Source of the DNA: Lama guanicoe
Lineage: Eukaryota
Reading direction: 5' to 3'
Assembly (NCBI GenBank): GCA_013239625.1
Contig: MU054391.1
Span: 62,001-126,000 of the forward strand
Length of the DNA: 64,000 nucleotides
Program-made: the position numbers and the translations under genes
Part shown: in pieces, positions 37,901 to 52,800 of the stretch
Layout: the number at the start of each line of letters is the position of its first letter
Position numbering within the stretch: position 1 is the first letter of the stretch
Notes under the pieces: generated by a model
Databases searched by the model: none
What the model saw: only the letters and a program-made list of their open reading frames with translations
Told to the model about the DNA's origin: nothing

Positions 37901-40900
37901 GCGAGCTGGCTGACACCACAGCCGGGAGGTGTGCGGGTCAGAGCCAAGCCCAGCGGCCCACTCTTGAGTTCTGCTCTCACTGCACTGCCTTTGGAAAATA
38001 ATAAAAAATACCATCTTATAAAAAGTTGATTTATAGATAAACAAGATTACACTGTATAGCACAGGGAAACATACACAAAATGTTATGATAAATCACAGAG
38101 AAAAAAATGTGACAATGAGTGTGTATATGTCCATGAATGACTGAAAAATTGTGCTGAACACTGGAATTTGACACAACATTGTAAAATGATTATAAATCAA
38201 TAAAAAATGTTAAAAAAAAGTTGATTTAAAATCTTTCTATTACATTTACTGGAGGATAGAACTACAGTTTACCTGCACTTGTTTTTCCAGGCTAGTAATG
38301 TGCATTCTGCCCAAAACTCCACAATTTGCAAAGAACCAGCAATGAAGACTCGTTTTAAGTCTTTGATATATTAAACTTACTGCAGTGATTACTTAGTCTC
38401 TTGTCATTTTCAAACAAACGCTATTTGAGACGGAGCCCCAGGGCATGCCCCTAACCTTGTGCATGGAGCCGGAGGCTGTGACCCAGGACCACTGACAGGG
38501 ACATACATCTGTGTGCAGTGCGAGGGGCTGTGAACAGGGACACACAACAGCTGCTGAAAATGCGCTTTCCACAAGAGTGTGATGTTTCTGAAGGCTGTGA
38601 CTTGGCTGAACATACAAGAAAAAGGCAGCCATGATTGCAAAACTAAAATGCGTTCCTCTGTTTAGAAGACAGATTTATGCAGCAGCAAGTCAAGTTCAAA
38701 TAAAGATGGAAAACAGTAACAGAAATACTTCCAGCTAATAAGTCCAAGGACATGTAAAGCTACGACCACAGGGCAAATTCATTAAAGGAAAGCTTAGGAA
38801 GAAGGTGACCGAAATTTGAGAAGAAAGTTTTTTGAGAACACTGGATTGATTTACGATCACTTAGCAACAAAGCAGCAGATGAGCAACAGCGACCCTGCAG
38901 CAGATCTTACGGGGGGACCTCCAGGAACACGCTCTGTGAACACGCTCTCCAGTCCGTGCGCTAGAACCGTGATCATTAGGAGCAAAGCCATCAAGTGAAG
39001 CACTTCGAAGGTGATCTTTACTGGTAGACTTTGAAGCAATTTGAACATGGCTGTAACTAAGTGGCTTTGCCGCCAGTGATGCCACACCAGTAAGCTCTAC
39101 ACTTGGAAGCCATGACCTGCCAGTTGGTGTGTCGGCTCCGAGGGTATCTGCTCTACAGACATGCTGAAGGTGGAGACGGTGAGATGCATGAAAGAAACTC
39201 TGCTATCAGGGAGCGAAAGGAGAATGTGGTACACATTACACAGCTTTAGGCAGAGATTCAAGGAAACAAAAGGGAACAATTTCCACAGGCAGTGAAACAA
39301 GGACGGTCAGAAGCCTCTCCACTGTCCTGAATCAGTTGTTTCGGAACGGGACGTGCACACATCATCACTCACCTCTATTCCCAGCTCAAATCCGCCACCC
39401 AGCCCAGCTATGCCAATGGCAGAAGGTGCAGACCATTCTAGTAAAAACAAACAAACAAACGTTAGTCTAACATTAAAACTCCTTGGCACATAAATATGGG
39501 GAGGAAAAATGCTAAAATGTGAATGAATAGTGTTTCTTTTTAAAATAATGAGACTTTGGCATTTTTGCCTGTTTTTAAGTGCTCTTTAATAAGCATGTAT
39601 AATTTTTTAAGTTAAAAATATTTGAAAGGTATTAGATATTCACATGAGCCTCAAAGATTCATAAATCCATGTATTCTAACCTTTCCCTATACACATGCAT
39701 AATACCAAACTATTGAATTCTCACCAATTAAACATACATAGCATTTGATAAATTCAACTATAAATATTTATAATGTTTTACAAAATAACTGAGCTAGAAT
39801 TCTAGGCTTTAGTAAAAACTTAATCATTGTTATGAGAACAAAAGAATTCAAAAGAGTTTATTATAATCACTTCTCAGGGGAATACGACACTAAACTGCTT
39901 CTGTTGTAAATCACCAAGGTCAAAAACTGTTTTGACATCTTTTGTGCCTAGTAGGAGCACAAGAAATAGGTTATAAACTCAAGATTATTAAAATTCTTAA
40001 CAGGGCACATTTCCTTACATTTGGAAACTAAGTAAAATAATTCCACTTGCGTGATATGGTACATCTCAGGATTATTGTTGCTTATTTTTCCTGATGTAGA
40101 AACAGTTATGTTAAACACGTCTAGGAAAGGATAACTGGAGGCGAGATGGTCCAGATAAAGCACTTGGTGAAACTGCGCCTCAGCTGCTGAGCCTAGTTTT
40201 GCTGCTCGCATGCGTTCTGGATGCCAGCATCGTGCTGGAATGTGTCCAGAACTGATCTACCCGGGCCTAGAGAAGTTTGGATCACAGAAATCAATGTATC
40301 CTAATCCCAAGGTTGTTCTCCATTTCCTACGCTAGGGATTGTCCCTGCTTAAGGACCGCCTACCTGGCCAGGGCCCGGGGATCTGCTGAGCTGCACTATG
40401 TGGCTCTTAGATTACCTTCTGCAGAGTGAGCAGCTGCCACTTGGGAAGACGGCAGAGAGAAATTCAGATATTTAACCCAGAAGGAAGGTCCCCTGAGGTT
40501 CTGAGAGGAGCCTGCCCTTTTCCAGATGGTCACCTGTCCACCACGCGGACCTGCAGGGGGAGGGTTCTCATGGACTTGGAGCCCAGCTGGCAGTGGACTC
40601 GGTGTGAGTGCGCCTCCACTTCTCTGCCTGTGCTGCTGGGAAGTCTGCCCGTGAAAATGTGGGCAATGCTTGAGAAGAAGAGAATTTGGCTGGTTTTGTT
40701 TCATAGCCAAGCATGGAGCTATGAAATCTGAACCACAACGTCAGAGGAGACTCATTTACCGGGAGACACCATGCAGGAGACAGTGGCTCCCACCAACTCA
40801 TGTCCAGGGCCTGTACCAGATCTATCTATGGCCCATGAGTGTTCCATGCTCTCTCCAAATAAAATTAAATTATCTACACCGAAAATTGCTATAACAGAAA

Positions 40901-43900
40901 AATGTGTTCAACTATATAACTGAACAGCAAATGTTAAATTCATATAAAAAGCATTTTAGTTGGTTATGACCCACTAATGTACGTTTTAACATTATTATAA
41001 ATGTTTGTTCTTGGGATTAAAGGCAAACATATTTTGATGTCTGAAACATCAAGTATTAGATTTCACCACAGAAAGTAAGACCAAATTATATTGATCTTGA
41101 CATGATTCTGCCCTGGGGATATTTTTTACAATGGTTCAGTTTCTGTGATCTCCCACAGAAACAATGGGGGGAAAGCGTACAGACGGCCCCTATGTCCTTG
41201 TCAACTTCCATAAAACAAAAGACACAGTCGCACCATGAAGGTGAGGGGTGAGAATTTGCATTTAACAACACAAACGCCATGTTGTCACTGCTTAGCACCC
41301 GCCCCGTGGAAGGATGACAAACTGCGCAAGGAGGAAGACACCTCCACCCCGAGTCCCCTCCGACGGCGGGGGCGGGGCTCCCTGGCCGGCGAACACCCCG
41401 CTGCGCCCCGGGGGGCAGCCGTGAGGTGCCGGATCGCGGCGCTGGAAAGCCTGCCGCACTCCCTGCGAAGTGTGCACACGGTGCAGACAGAACAAACACG
41501 AGGGTGAAGGGCCCCTGCTCCTCCAGGTGAGGAGACCCCCGACTTACTTCCATCGGGAAGACGCGCCAGCACAATCCCACTGCCTCCTCTAGCGGTCACA
41601 AGAAACCCAGCTTTTATCACCGACAGAATCGCAAGGCCCTTTGCTTTAGCGATCACGTGAGCTGCAAAAGACGAAGACGCCAGGCAGGTGAGCACGCTGG
41701 ACAGGCGGAAGCTGAACAGACCGGTGCTCCGCGGTTCCCGTGGTGGGGCCCGGTTCTCCCGAGTCTCAGCAGCGTGAGTGCGTGCGAGTGACACCTGCTG
41801 CCCACGGACGGGACGCGCGGCCTGGAGCCGCCCCTCCCCCTGCCGCTTCCCGGGCTGTTACTTCCGCAGCGCTAAACAAACGCGGCCAGCTCGCAGGAGC
41901 GCTGCAACAGCCGCCAAAACCAGAACTTGGATGAGACTTTACTGACACCTAGTAGCAAGACAAACAATTCGGAGATTTCAACTAACTTAGAACATAATTC
42001 ATAATTTAAAAAAACTCAAAGTTACTATTCTGAAAGAAATTAAAACCCATACACTATCAAGGAGAAACTTAAAAAGTGACCAACAGGCCACTAGTGGCTT
42101 AAAGCCACCTTCTAACAATATGAAAATCTGGATATAAAACCAGGAAAATTAAGTGATTTAGCCACTTTAAAAAGTTTCTTAACTTTCTAAAGTGATCTCT
42201 CACAGTATTCCGGTAACACACAACAACTAGTACACCGAAAACAAAATTCAAAGTATTGGTTTATTCACATTTTGGGGAAGTTCATTGTATAAAAAGAAGG
42301 TTGCTAATGTCTGCACCCACTAAACACAGTGCCTCACTGTTCTGTGGATTTGCTCACACAATACCACATCTTTCAAATAACAAAGGAAGCCTAAACATTG
42401 GGAAGTATTCTTGGACCCCAATATCACTTTTAAGGTAGTTTAATTTATCATCATTTTAGTCAAATATTCTGTCAAGGAAGTCAAACCAGACACTGGACTC
42501 AAATACACAAAAAAAGGCTTCATAGGTGTCCCTAGGAAAACACTAAATTTCTAATATATTATGTACACAATTTCAAAATTTAAATTAATAATGGCTTTCA
42601 GAGATGACTTGTCTGGGAGCATGGAGAAGTTCATACACATTCCCCCGGGGCTGCAGGTGCTGAAGCAGGGCCTGGCCATGACTGAGACCCTCTGCCCTGT
42701 TTTACAGGAGCCTAATTAATATACCGCACTCCCGCTACATGCTTCACTAAAGATCAGGAGGGCCGTTTGCACAGACCTGCCACAGGGCGCCCGCAATTCC
42801 ACACGCCCAGCTCACTCTGTGCTGTGCGCTGGGGGCCTCTGTCTAGGGGCCCTTGATGTAACAAAAGTGTGTTTTAAAATGAACATATTTCCAATGTCAG
42901 GGGCAATTTTATTTTACAGCCTTATCCACCCAAATTCAGGGACATTAAAATACCAATAATCCCTAAGAAACTTTCCAGTCAGCTTTTCCTTTGTAATGTG
43001 GGATGTACTTGACTGCAATTTTCTCTAAGCTTAGTTTCACGTACATCTCAGGGCCCCACACACCAGCAGACGGTGAACTCACACCCTAAGCATTTGGTTT
43101 TAAAATATTTTGTGGACTTTATCGTGTGTTATATAGTAGAGCTCCCTGGTTTCAGTGAAAGCATCATCCCAAGGAAGGCCCAGGAAAGGTGGGGCTGGTC
43201 CTCTGGCAGACGTGGGGCCTCCTGCCTCCCGGCCCCACATGCACAGTGGGCACCCCCATGGGGTACGCTTGTACCCGTGCTAGGTAAATGGATTTTCATT
43301 TTTGGCACTGTGCCCATTGAAAGGGAGTTGGGTGCCCTTTGACTGGAGGCAGAAGAAGGCAAGACAGAATTCTGCTGGACAAAATCCATGCAGAATCACC
43401 CATACCCAGATGTTTTTCTGGTAGGAAACACAGCTCAGCCATCAGCGGGGCTAGCCTGAAATGACACCCACAAATGTCTCTACCTCCTGCTTCAGAAGAG
43501 TGCTGCAGTAGAGTCAGATTTTCCTCAAGTCTTAAGCAGTGCTTCTCAAACATGTACATGCATGTAACTCCCTGGAGACCTTGTGAAAAATGCAAACTGA
43601 TTCCTTAGGCCCAAGTGAAGCCTGAGGTTCTGCATTTCTAACAAGTTCCCAGGTGACACCTGTATGTGTCCAGTCTACACTTGGACACAAGGCTCTAGGA
43701 AGCACTGTTTTCTTAAGATGGGAGGAGTGGCTGGGCCAAAATATAAACAATTATGATTATTAATATTATTTTTATAACAACAACAACAAATTAGAAAACT
43801 TTTTAAACATTTAAAGTTCTGTTAAATAACTTCAGAAAATCTGGCTTCAGAAATTAAGCTGGTTTCTTCAATGCAGGGTGAGAGCCATGCACCAGGAAGG

Positions 43901-45979
43901 AAATCAGCCCAAGCTGGTCTGCATGTGTGTCTCTTTGCAGGAGAGGATCATATGACACGTCTTTTAGAAATGACTATAGTAGTAAAGAAGAGATAGCGGT
44001 ACCCAAAGGCTCTGGGCCAGGTCCTATGTGGTCAGCCTGACTGCAGGAGAATCACAGGAGAAATGTGTCAAAAATCTGCCCTCCTGGCCACACTGCTCTG
44101 GGATCTGATTCAGCAGGTCTGGGGGGAGCTTAAGAACTTTAATGACCCTGGAAATACAGATGTCCAGTTGTGCTGGGAATTATTGAGTAATGTCTTCCTA
44201 AACCACTATAAAATATAACTATCTTATCTAGAAAGAGAAAACAACAAAAAAGTTTTATGTATGAGATTAGCTAGTGAGTTTGTAAGATGAACTCCAAGGT
44301 CCTCAGAAATTGAAGACAAGGACCTGTGAGTTCAAGGAAAGTGGAATTGGGGAAGGACACATGGCACTTAGGTCCGTGTGCACTGAAGGGGAGAGGGGAG
44401 GAAGTCTCAGGGGTGATGGGGGGGGGCTGCCCAGGAGACTCACTGGGGAGATTGGCCAAGAGGAGAAAAGAGGTCTGAGGATGTGCTGCTCACAGTTGGT
44501 CGACTGCCTAAGATGAAGGAGGCAAAGGTAATTTAGGAAACCAACATATTTTATTTACCTACCAGGAATGATCTTATCAGGTCCATTTCTGGAAGTTATT
44601 TCTGTGAATTCTCTTAGGATTTTAGCAGCCTTTTTGGCTTCAGATTTCAAATTGGAAGGTATAGGGTTATTCACTAAAAGATAAAAAAAAACTTTAATTA
44701 AAAATATATAGAAATTAGAAATTTATTTTAATTTCATTTTTCTCATATACAATTAAACATTAGCAAATTATATCCTACCAAAGGAAATGAATTGGAAATC
44801 CTTAATTATTGATCATTTCATCTCTATTATCCTAATAAATTAAATTTGGATTGGGAAACCTTAAAGTCTCAAACTCTCAGAAATTATAAAATCCTGGGAT
44901 TCTAAAGGATCTTAAACACATCTTGTCCAGTCTCCCAATTATGTATCTTCTCCCAGTAATTCTTAACTCACTTCAATATTAATGAAAAGTATTAAATTTT
45001 TAAGAATTAAAAAGATGTATTTTACAACTATCTATAACAGATAATATAAAATTTAATATATTTGGTCATTTTTGTCCAAAATGTTTGAACTATTTGCATA
45101 GATTCTCTGTATTAGTAAAATTCTAGTACACTCAAGAATTGAGTGATTACTCCAACTAATGAACACTTGCATTTGTACAGCATTCTACGTTCTCAGCACT
45201 GCTTGGGTATTTATAAACTCACACGAAGGTTGATTTGTCCTAGCAGGGTTCATTCAGCCTCTTCAGCTCTGACGTATGTGGGGTGGGCCACTCCCTCACC
45301 ACGGGACAAGTAACCAGAAGAGCCAGAGAAGTTGAAAGGCTTCAGTGTAAAGTCTGCTGTTCAGACCATCAAATGAATTTTTCATTTCAAAGAGTGGGTT
45401 TTCAGTCCTGGAAATTCCATTTGGTTGTTTTCATTCTTTCCATTTCTGTCCTCATTGTGTTTATATTGTTCTTTAAATCCTTGAGCATATTTTAAAAGGT
45501 GCTTTTATGTCTCTGTCTGATAATTGCATCATCTCTGTCCCTTCTGGGTCTGTTTTTGACTGATTTTCCTTCTATTTATGGGTTATATTTTACTGTTTCT
45601 ACCCATTCCTAGTGAAATTTGATGGTTGCTAGATATTGTGAACATTGCCACACTGAGTATCTAGATTTTGTCATATTCTTTGGACAGTGTCAATGCTTGT
45701 GCTAGTGTAGAGTGAGTTACTCGCAGATCAGTTGAGTCTTTTCAAGGTTTGCTTCTTTATTTTGCTTGGGTGTGTGAAGCCTTCAGATGAACATTAGGCT
45801 ATGTTCCAGTGTGACTCTGGGCTCTCTCCTGAATGCCTGAGGGTCTGATGTGGTCTCCCTCCTTGGCTGGTTGGAACTGCTGCCCCCAACCCCATGTTAG
45901 CTCTGAGAACTGTTTGCCTCACAGCTTTCTGATAGTTGTTCTTTGCCCTGTCTTGAAAGTGTCCCCTCCCCATCCCGCC

Positions 45980-46037
<58 letters not shown>

Positions 46038-49000
46038 TGCTTCATGTTCAGCCAAGGACTCAAGGGTCCCTCTGCAGATTTCTTGAGCTCTTTCGATCTT
46101 TGGCTCACTCCTTGCTGGTAATCTGCTCTGCAAATTCCAGTTGCCTCAGCCTGTCCAAAATCCAACTGTCTCTCCCATTCAGAAAGAACACATGTCTAGG
46201 CTGTCCTCCCTCCTGGTGCTGCAGCCTGGAAAGTGCTGCCAGGCAGGAAAATGGGCCATTGTGGAGTTTATGTCAATTTCCCCTCCCCTCTGGGATCCTA
46301 GACCCACTCGCCTGTTGTCCAAAGTGTGAAAACAGGTGTTCCATGCATGCTTCCCAGTATCTAGATGTCTACAGCACATGGCAATTCCAGTACCAGTTTC
46401 TTTGCCGTGAAGCTCTCAGTGTACTTTAGTTTGTCCTTTTATGATGAGTAATATTGACTACTTTCCACTTCTGTCAAATCTTTTCCATATTATTTATCCA
46501 TTTATGGAAGGTATTTTTCTGTTTCTTATTGATTTATATATCAAGGGAATTAACTTTTTTCTAGAATATGAGTTACAAATACTGATTTCTTATTTGTCAT
46601 TTGTCTTTTCAATTTTCTTATGATGGTTTTTCTACTTTTTAAAAGATGAAATCAAAATTATATTCTCTTTTAAGTCTAACAAGTGTCTTTTAACAAAGTA
46701 ATTCTCAAATTCATATGGAAAAATAAGCAAGAAAAGCTAGAAAAAAATGTGTAAAAGACGAATAATGAGGGGGCAAGCTCTGCCAGGAGTTTAAGATATT
46801 ATAAAGCCTCAATAATTTACCGTATAGTAGATGCAAATACTGGCAAAAGTCAGTTTTGTAAAATAGAAAATTCAGAAACTGACGCAAATATATAAATGCA
46901 TTTAAATATGATAAAGGTTACACCTCAAATCAATGTGGAAAAGCTGTATTACACAATAAATAGTGGTCTTTTGGGGGAAAACTTTCATCCACAGCTTCAT
47001 GTTACATAGCAATAAAGTCCAAATTCACTGATGATTTAAAATATCAAAAATCAAACCATAAAAGAACCAGAAATTATGCGAGAAATACTTTTCAAATTCA
47101 TGGTGCAAAAGGCTCAACTATAATAAAAAGTTTTTCTGTATTTTTAAATAATCAGAAATCATGGCGTAAGCACATTGTAAAAATAAAGGGAAAAGTATAG
47201 ATACACAAATATTGCAGAAAAACGGCACCCCTACCCCTACCATCCACCAGCTCTGCTGTCCGCGTTCTGGTGTGCGCATCAGTTGGCTCCTATTGCTAAA
47301 TAGCAAGTAGGTTATTTCCACTTTGAGCTTTTATAGGTACCACTGTTGGGTGGTTCTTGATATAGAATCTTTAGAGTTGGAATTAATAACTCAAAGCAAT
47401 TCACAAAAATTTGGGGTTTTTAATTTCATTATCAAATCACCTTCTAAAAATACTACCCTACTTTATAGCCATTGGGTATTATCGTAAAAAACTCATACTG
47501 TAGCCTGAGGCTGATGGGGACAAAGTGCACATCAGAAAGACAGGATAACAAACTTTTATTTGAATTTATTTGAATACTAGTGATTTTTCCTGTTTGTTCA
47601 CACTTGCTTTTTGCACATTTTCTGTTTATGTTCTTTGCTTGTTTTCCTGCTGCCGTACTTCTCTTGTCTATAATTTTAATCGTGTCACAAGTTTATATCT
47701 CAGCTTATTGTTTTCACAATTTTGTTTATAATTTTTCAGTATTTGTTTTTATTTATATAGCAACATCTCTCTGGGCTGTCTACTATTATCATCTTTCTAT
47801 CTATTATTGTGACTAAAGGCCTTAATTTAAGAAAAAAAATTATATAACTGTTATCCTTTATTTTCTTCCAGAGCTCTTATTTTTCATTACATATTTGACC
47901 TACCTCAAACTTGCATTGGTATAGGATGTGAAACAAGAACCTAAAATTTTTAAAATACATGACAAATTTACTGAATAATCCACAGTGCTTAATAAAGAAG
48001 GCTATCTTTATAACAAAACAAGAAAGGAATATTCATATATATACTCATACATTTAAAAATATATGACAGAGATGGCATGGTAGATTAATAAATTATTCTG
48101 GGACAACTCTGGTTCATTCAAAAGAAAACAAAATAAAATTAGATTACAAATACCACATCAGACACAAAAAAATTTCAGTGCAATTGAAGGTCCAAATATT
48201 GAAGGCAAAAACTTAGTACTTTTAGAATGAAAATAATAGAGTATCTTTATGACTTGAGGATGGAGGAATGCTATAAACAAGGCACAACAATAAAAGGAAA
48301 CTACAGATCTATTCCACTACATTAAAGTTTAAAACGTTGTATCAACACACACTTAAAAATAGAAACCACAGACTGGAAAATATTTGCCATAAATGTACTT
48401 AACAGAGATTGAGAATCCAGGATACAAAGATCTCTTAAAAGTCAATAACAGTGTGAAATCACAGTAGAAAGTTGGGCAAAGTGTTCAGTCAGTTAATTCA
48501 CAGAGGGGAAACCCCCATGGCCGATGAATAGATGAAAAGTTGACCAGATTCCCCAGAAGCCAGGGGCGTGCAAAGCCAGGCCGCCTGTGTTGACACTCCT
48601 GGTCCTTCAGGTTGGCAGGAAGCGAAAGCCTGCCAACGGGCCTGTGCCGACTGCGGGGGCACAGAGGAAAGCCTGTGCCTGCTGTGGGGCTGCCGTGGGG
48701 TCTGTTCTCAGGGCTGGCAGAGATGGCCCACAGTTCTCCCGCATGTGCTCACAGACACTGAGGGTGGGCTGGAAGGCGGTGAAACCCATGTCCACCGGGA
48801 CCCTGTCAGCGGGACTTTATTTAGAAAAAGGGTCTTTGCAAACATATTAAGTTAGTCATTCTTGAGCAGCTGGGTGGTCCCTAAATCCAACCATGAGCAT
48901 CCGTACAAGAAACAGAGAGGGGGCAACGCGGCCACAGAGGCAGAGCCTGGACAATCAGCCACCAGCCCAGGAGTGCCCAGAGCCCCAGGAGTTGGGAGGG

Positions 49001-49812
49001 GAGGAAGGATTCCCGGAGGCATGGGTCGCCCTGAGGCACGGCCCTCAGACACCCCAACACGTGGCTTCCACCTGAGAGAGCACATCTCTATTGTCGCAGG
49101 CCAACCGGTTCGCGGTCATTTGTTTGGGCAGCCCAGGAAACTAATATACATGTATCCAAATGTCCACTGAGGCAATGCTTCAATAGCAAAATAATCGTAA
49201 CACATAAAAATGAATACTTTCAAAACAGGAAACAAATTTCCCTCAAGAGGAGGATGGAGGATGTAGTTTGGTATAGTTAAAGTTGTTTCTTTACAGAAGT
49301 TCAAGTAATCTAGATATACTTGTGTCAACATGGGAGAACGTGAACAGCATGGAGAGGAAAAGAAGTCGCTTAAAGACATACAGAGTCTCCTCCATTTATG
49401 TAAATGTTTACAAAATGAAGTGTAATGACATTTGATGGGGGGTGGGTGGCCCTGGGGAAGGCATCTGTAGGAGGCTTACTTGAGAATTGCATTTCTTCCC
49501 CTTAGACTGTGCATAAGGTCATGGATGTAAATCAGCTGTTATTCTCCATAGTCCCTTGTATGTCTGAAACATTATATAACAAAGATTGTTCAGCATAAAC
49601 CGAATATTGTATAATTAAATATTTAATATATATCCATGGGAACATATGACTCCAGCTGTAAAAAATTAATATAATGGATAATTACTCCATAAGTTGTCTT
49701 TTGTTTAAAATCTGCCTCTCATAGCCAACAACATGTCTTGCAGGAAGAGATGTAGAAAAGTGAAAAATGTATTCTCATGTTTTATGCAAACAAGAGCGCG
49801 CGCGCGCACGCG

Positions 49813-49843
<31 letters not shown>

Positions 49844-52800
49844 AATTCAAAGGACAGGGATTTGGTGAGGGGCCGTACACTAAAATGTGTTTGTATATCA
49901 TTGATAATTCTGGAATTAGAATTTTTAGGAACTAATATAAAATTGCTCTTTATCTTCACAATCGTGCATTTGTTTAAAATCAGACTATCTCATCTGCTGA
50001 TAATGTTGAGACACTGAGGGCTGACACTCTCAGTCTCCACTTGCAGTGGAGCATACAAAGCCCAGAGATGGACACAGAAATCCTCAGAAGCACATAATTT
50101 TTATACAGGGAAGGAATCTTTAGACGTTTGTTGAAAATTACATCAGTTTACTAGTGGCCTTTAAAGTCTTCCTATTACAAATGCTTTGGTTATACAGTCT
50201 GCATGTAGAAGGTCTCAGAAAAGATATAAACTAGAAAAGTTCCGTATGGACACACTTACGTGCACATTCGGGCCTCTCAAGTACACCTTATGGCGGCAGC
50301 TTTTAGTCGTGATCTGAAGTGGCCGGCTGCGGACACGCAGGAGTTTTGGTTTTCCAGGGTAAGTTTCCACTGCAGCACTGACCCAATGGACGGACTCTGC
50401 AAACCACAGCTGGTGTGTGTGTCCCTGATGGAGCCACCTCATTTCCACCTGAGCTCCTGCTGAGCAGGCAACAGGTGGCAGGACTGACTGAGCACAACCA
50501 GACGCTGATGGCATGTGTCTGTCTGAAAGGTACATGCACTGATACTTTGCATTATAACTAGACAAGCCATTGTCTTCCTAATTTTTGTTGCTGTCTAAGA
50601 TGACGCAACCTCACTTTTTATGGAATGAGTAAGTGCAGGCCGCGGGTCTGCTCTGTTGGTTGTGTAAGTGAGACACACCTGCATGCTGTGCGCCTCCCAT
50701 GTCAGCTCACTGCCACCCAGAGCACTGCCCGGAGGCAGCAGCGTGTGTCACTCCACACCAGCGCAGCAGGAAGTAGTCTTCCCACACCCTCTCTCCCATC
50801 CTGGGCCGGCCGAAGAGGCTTCTGGGCACAGCCAGCAGTGGACGGGCGGAACATGCTGGATCAGCGCACAAGGAAGCTGCCCCGGCCCAGAACACGGGGG
50901 AGAAGGCACTCTTCTTGCACTAAGAAACCAAAGAAAAGAAATCTGGGGGCTTCTTACTGTACTTAACATTACCCTAATTATTATGCTTAAAACTGATTTC
51001 TGATCTCTCCATGGTACTTGTTGAAAAAGAAAGATGGAGAAGTATTCGTAATTTTCATTTTCTAACTTAGGACTAGACTTATTGTATATACATTATAATC
51101 ACTTAGTTTGGTAAGGTGGAAAAATGGGTAAAAACACTTACCAAATATAACATACCACATGTTAATATTTTTATCTCTGATTATATAGTATTCATAATAG
51201 ACTATTTGCAAAGCTTCTAAAAACAGCAAAGCAGTGGTTTGACCTTTAAAATGGATAAAAAGATAGATCTTGGCTTGGTTTGGCCTTTTCATCCATTTTG
51301 GCCTGGGGAGGATGTCTCCTTGGAGAAGGTGTAGTTCAGCCTGTGGGCAGCAGAGAGTCATGGCCCACATGGCTGGGCCTGGGCAGGGGCTGTTGGGCCA
51401 GCAGAGGCCACCCTCTGGGGTGCTGGTGGTCAGCAGCTGGTGGCGAGACCATGCTGTGGGTGTCCGGGTGCCAACAGGGACAGGAGTCCTCAGAGCTGTG
51501 GGGGATCTGGCTTCTGAGTGGAAGGGGTTGGGGGAGGACTCTGCCAGGCCCAGTCCTCCAGATCCAGATCTCAGAAGGGTCTTCTGTGGACCTGCGGCTG
51601 GGTGGGCTCTGCCTGGCACCTCACCACTCGCTGACCCCTGCCTGCCCTTCCTGAGGAAGCTTAGTGCTGGACCCCCTTTAAAGGAGCTCCATGGTTCATC
51701 CCAGAGCATGTCCTGGAGGGCACATCAGGGGCTGAGAGGCACCGGAGGGCTTGGCAGATCCAGCCACCATCTGTCCTCCTGGGGCCAGAACAGTTTTACA
51801 CTTTTGACGGTTGAAAAAATTAAATTAAAAGAAGAATGATATTTTACATGAGAACACATTTCCAGAGATGAAATAGGTTCAGTTGCATCATAGATGGCAC
51901 CGATAACTGAACAGCTGTGGTCTATCGCGGTGGTTGGGACCAGCAAACAGTGAGCCGAGGTAGGGAACGTCTCCCATAGAGGGAACCACACTGTACTCAC
52001 CAGTGGGCTGAATTACAAAAAATAGTTCTCAGTTGTTATTATAATTTAGTTTTCATCAAAAATTTTTGGAAGATTGTCAAAACATATCCTCAGTTTTGCC
52101 TCTTGGCCCCCAAACATGATATATGGCTTTTCTGGCCCTAAGGGGAAAAATGCCAACATCTAACCTCTTCAAACACTCCTCATTCTTCAAGACCAACTTT
52201 AAATGCTGCGTCTACTTGAAACCACTGTGCGTGGCCCTTTGAGTAACTGAAATCTTAGGCCAGGGCTGAGACTTGCAAGACCTCCCCCCCACCACAGGCC
52301 GTCCCTTCCTGGGGCAGCTGAGCAGAACTTCCCCATCAGGGCCACACAGAACAACTGGTGACCTGAGTAGTGAGAGGTCCAGGAGGACCCAGAAGCACTG
52401 TGGTTGCTAATGCTGACTTCATCTGTCTTGCCAACTAAAAACTGTCACTTGCCATCTGCGTCTATAAGGATTAAATCACAAGCCACTGCAGTCACTGACC
52501 TTCAACATACCTTGAAACAAGTTCAGGGTGGAGATCAGGAATGAGGCACTCTGTACTTTGGGAAAACTGGCAGAATAGGCCTTCAGATAGTTAGATATTT
52601 CAGGAGAAGATTTTTTTATAAGCCCAAATTCTTGTCTCTTCTCTTATCTAGAAAAGCATCAATGTCATGCACAAAGACACCTGTTCCTTGTGACCAGCAG
52701 CAACCTTTTGCTAAGATGTGTGCTTGACTTGCATGTACCCCTTCACCAAAATCACGTGTACTGAGCCCCTGGAGCATCCTTGGAGCAGCTCCTCAGAGAT

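Noticed and set aside
51062..51839. Overlapping 215-aa and 189-aa ORFs on opposite strands
   Set aside because: GC-rich intronic sequence with no protein-family similarity and no supportive exon structure.
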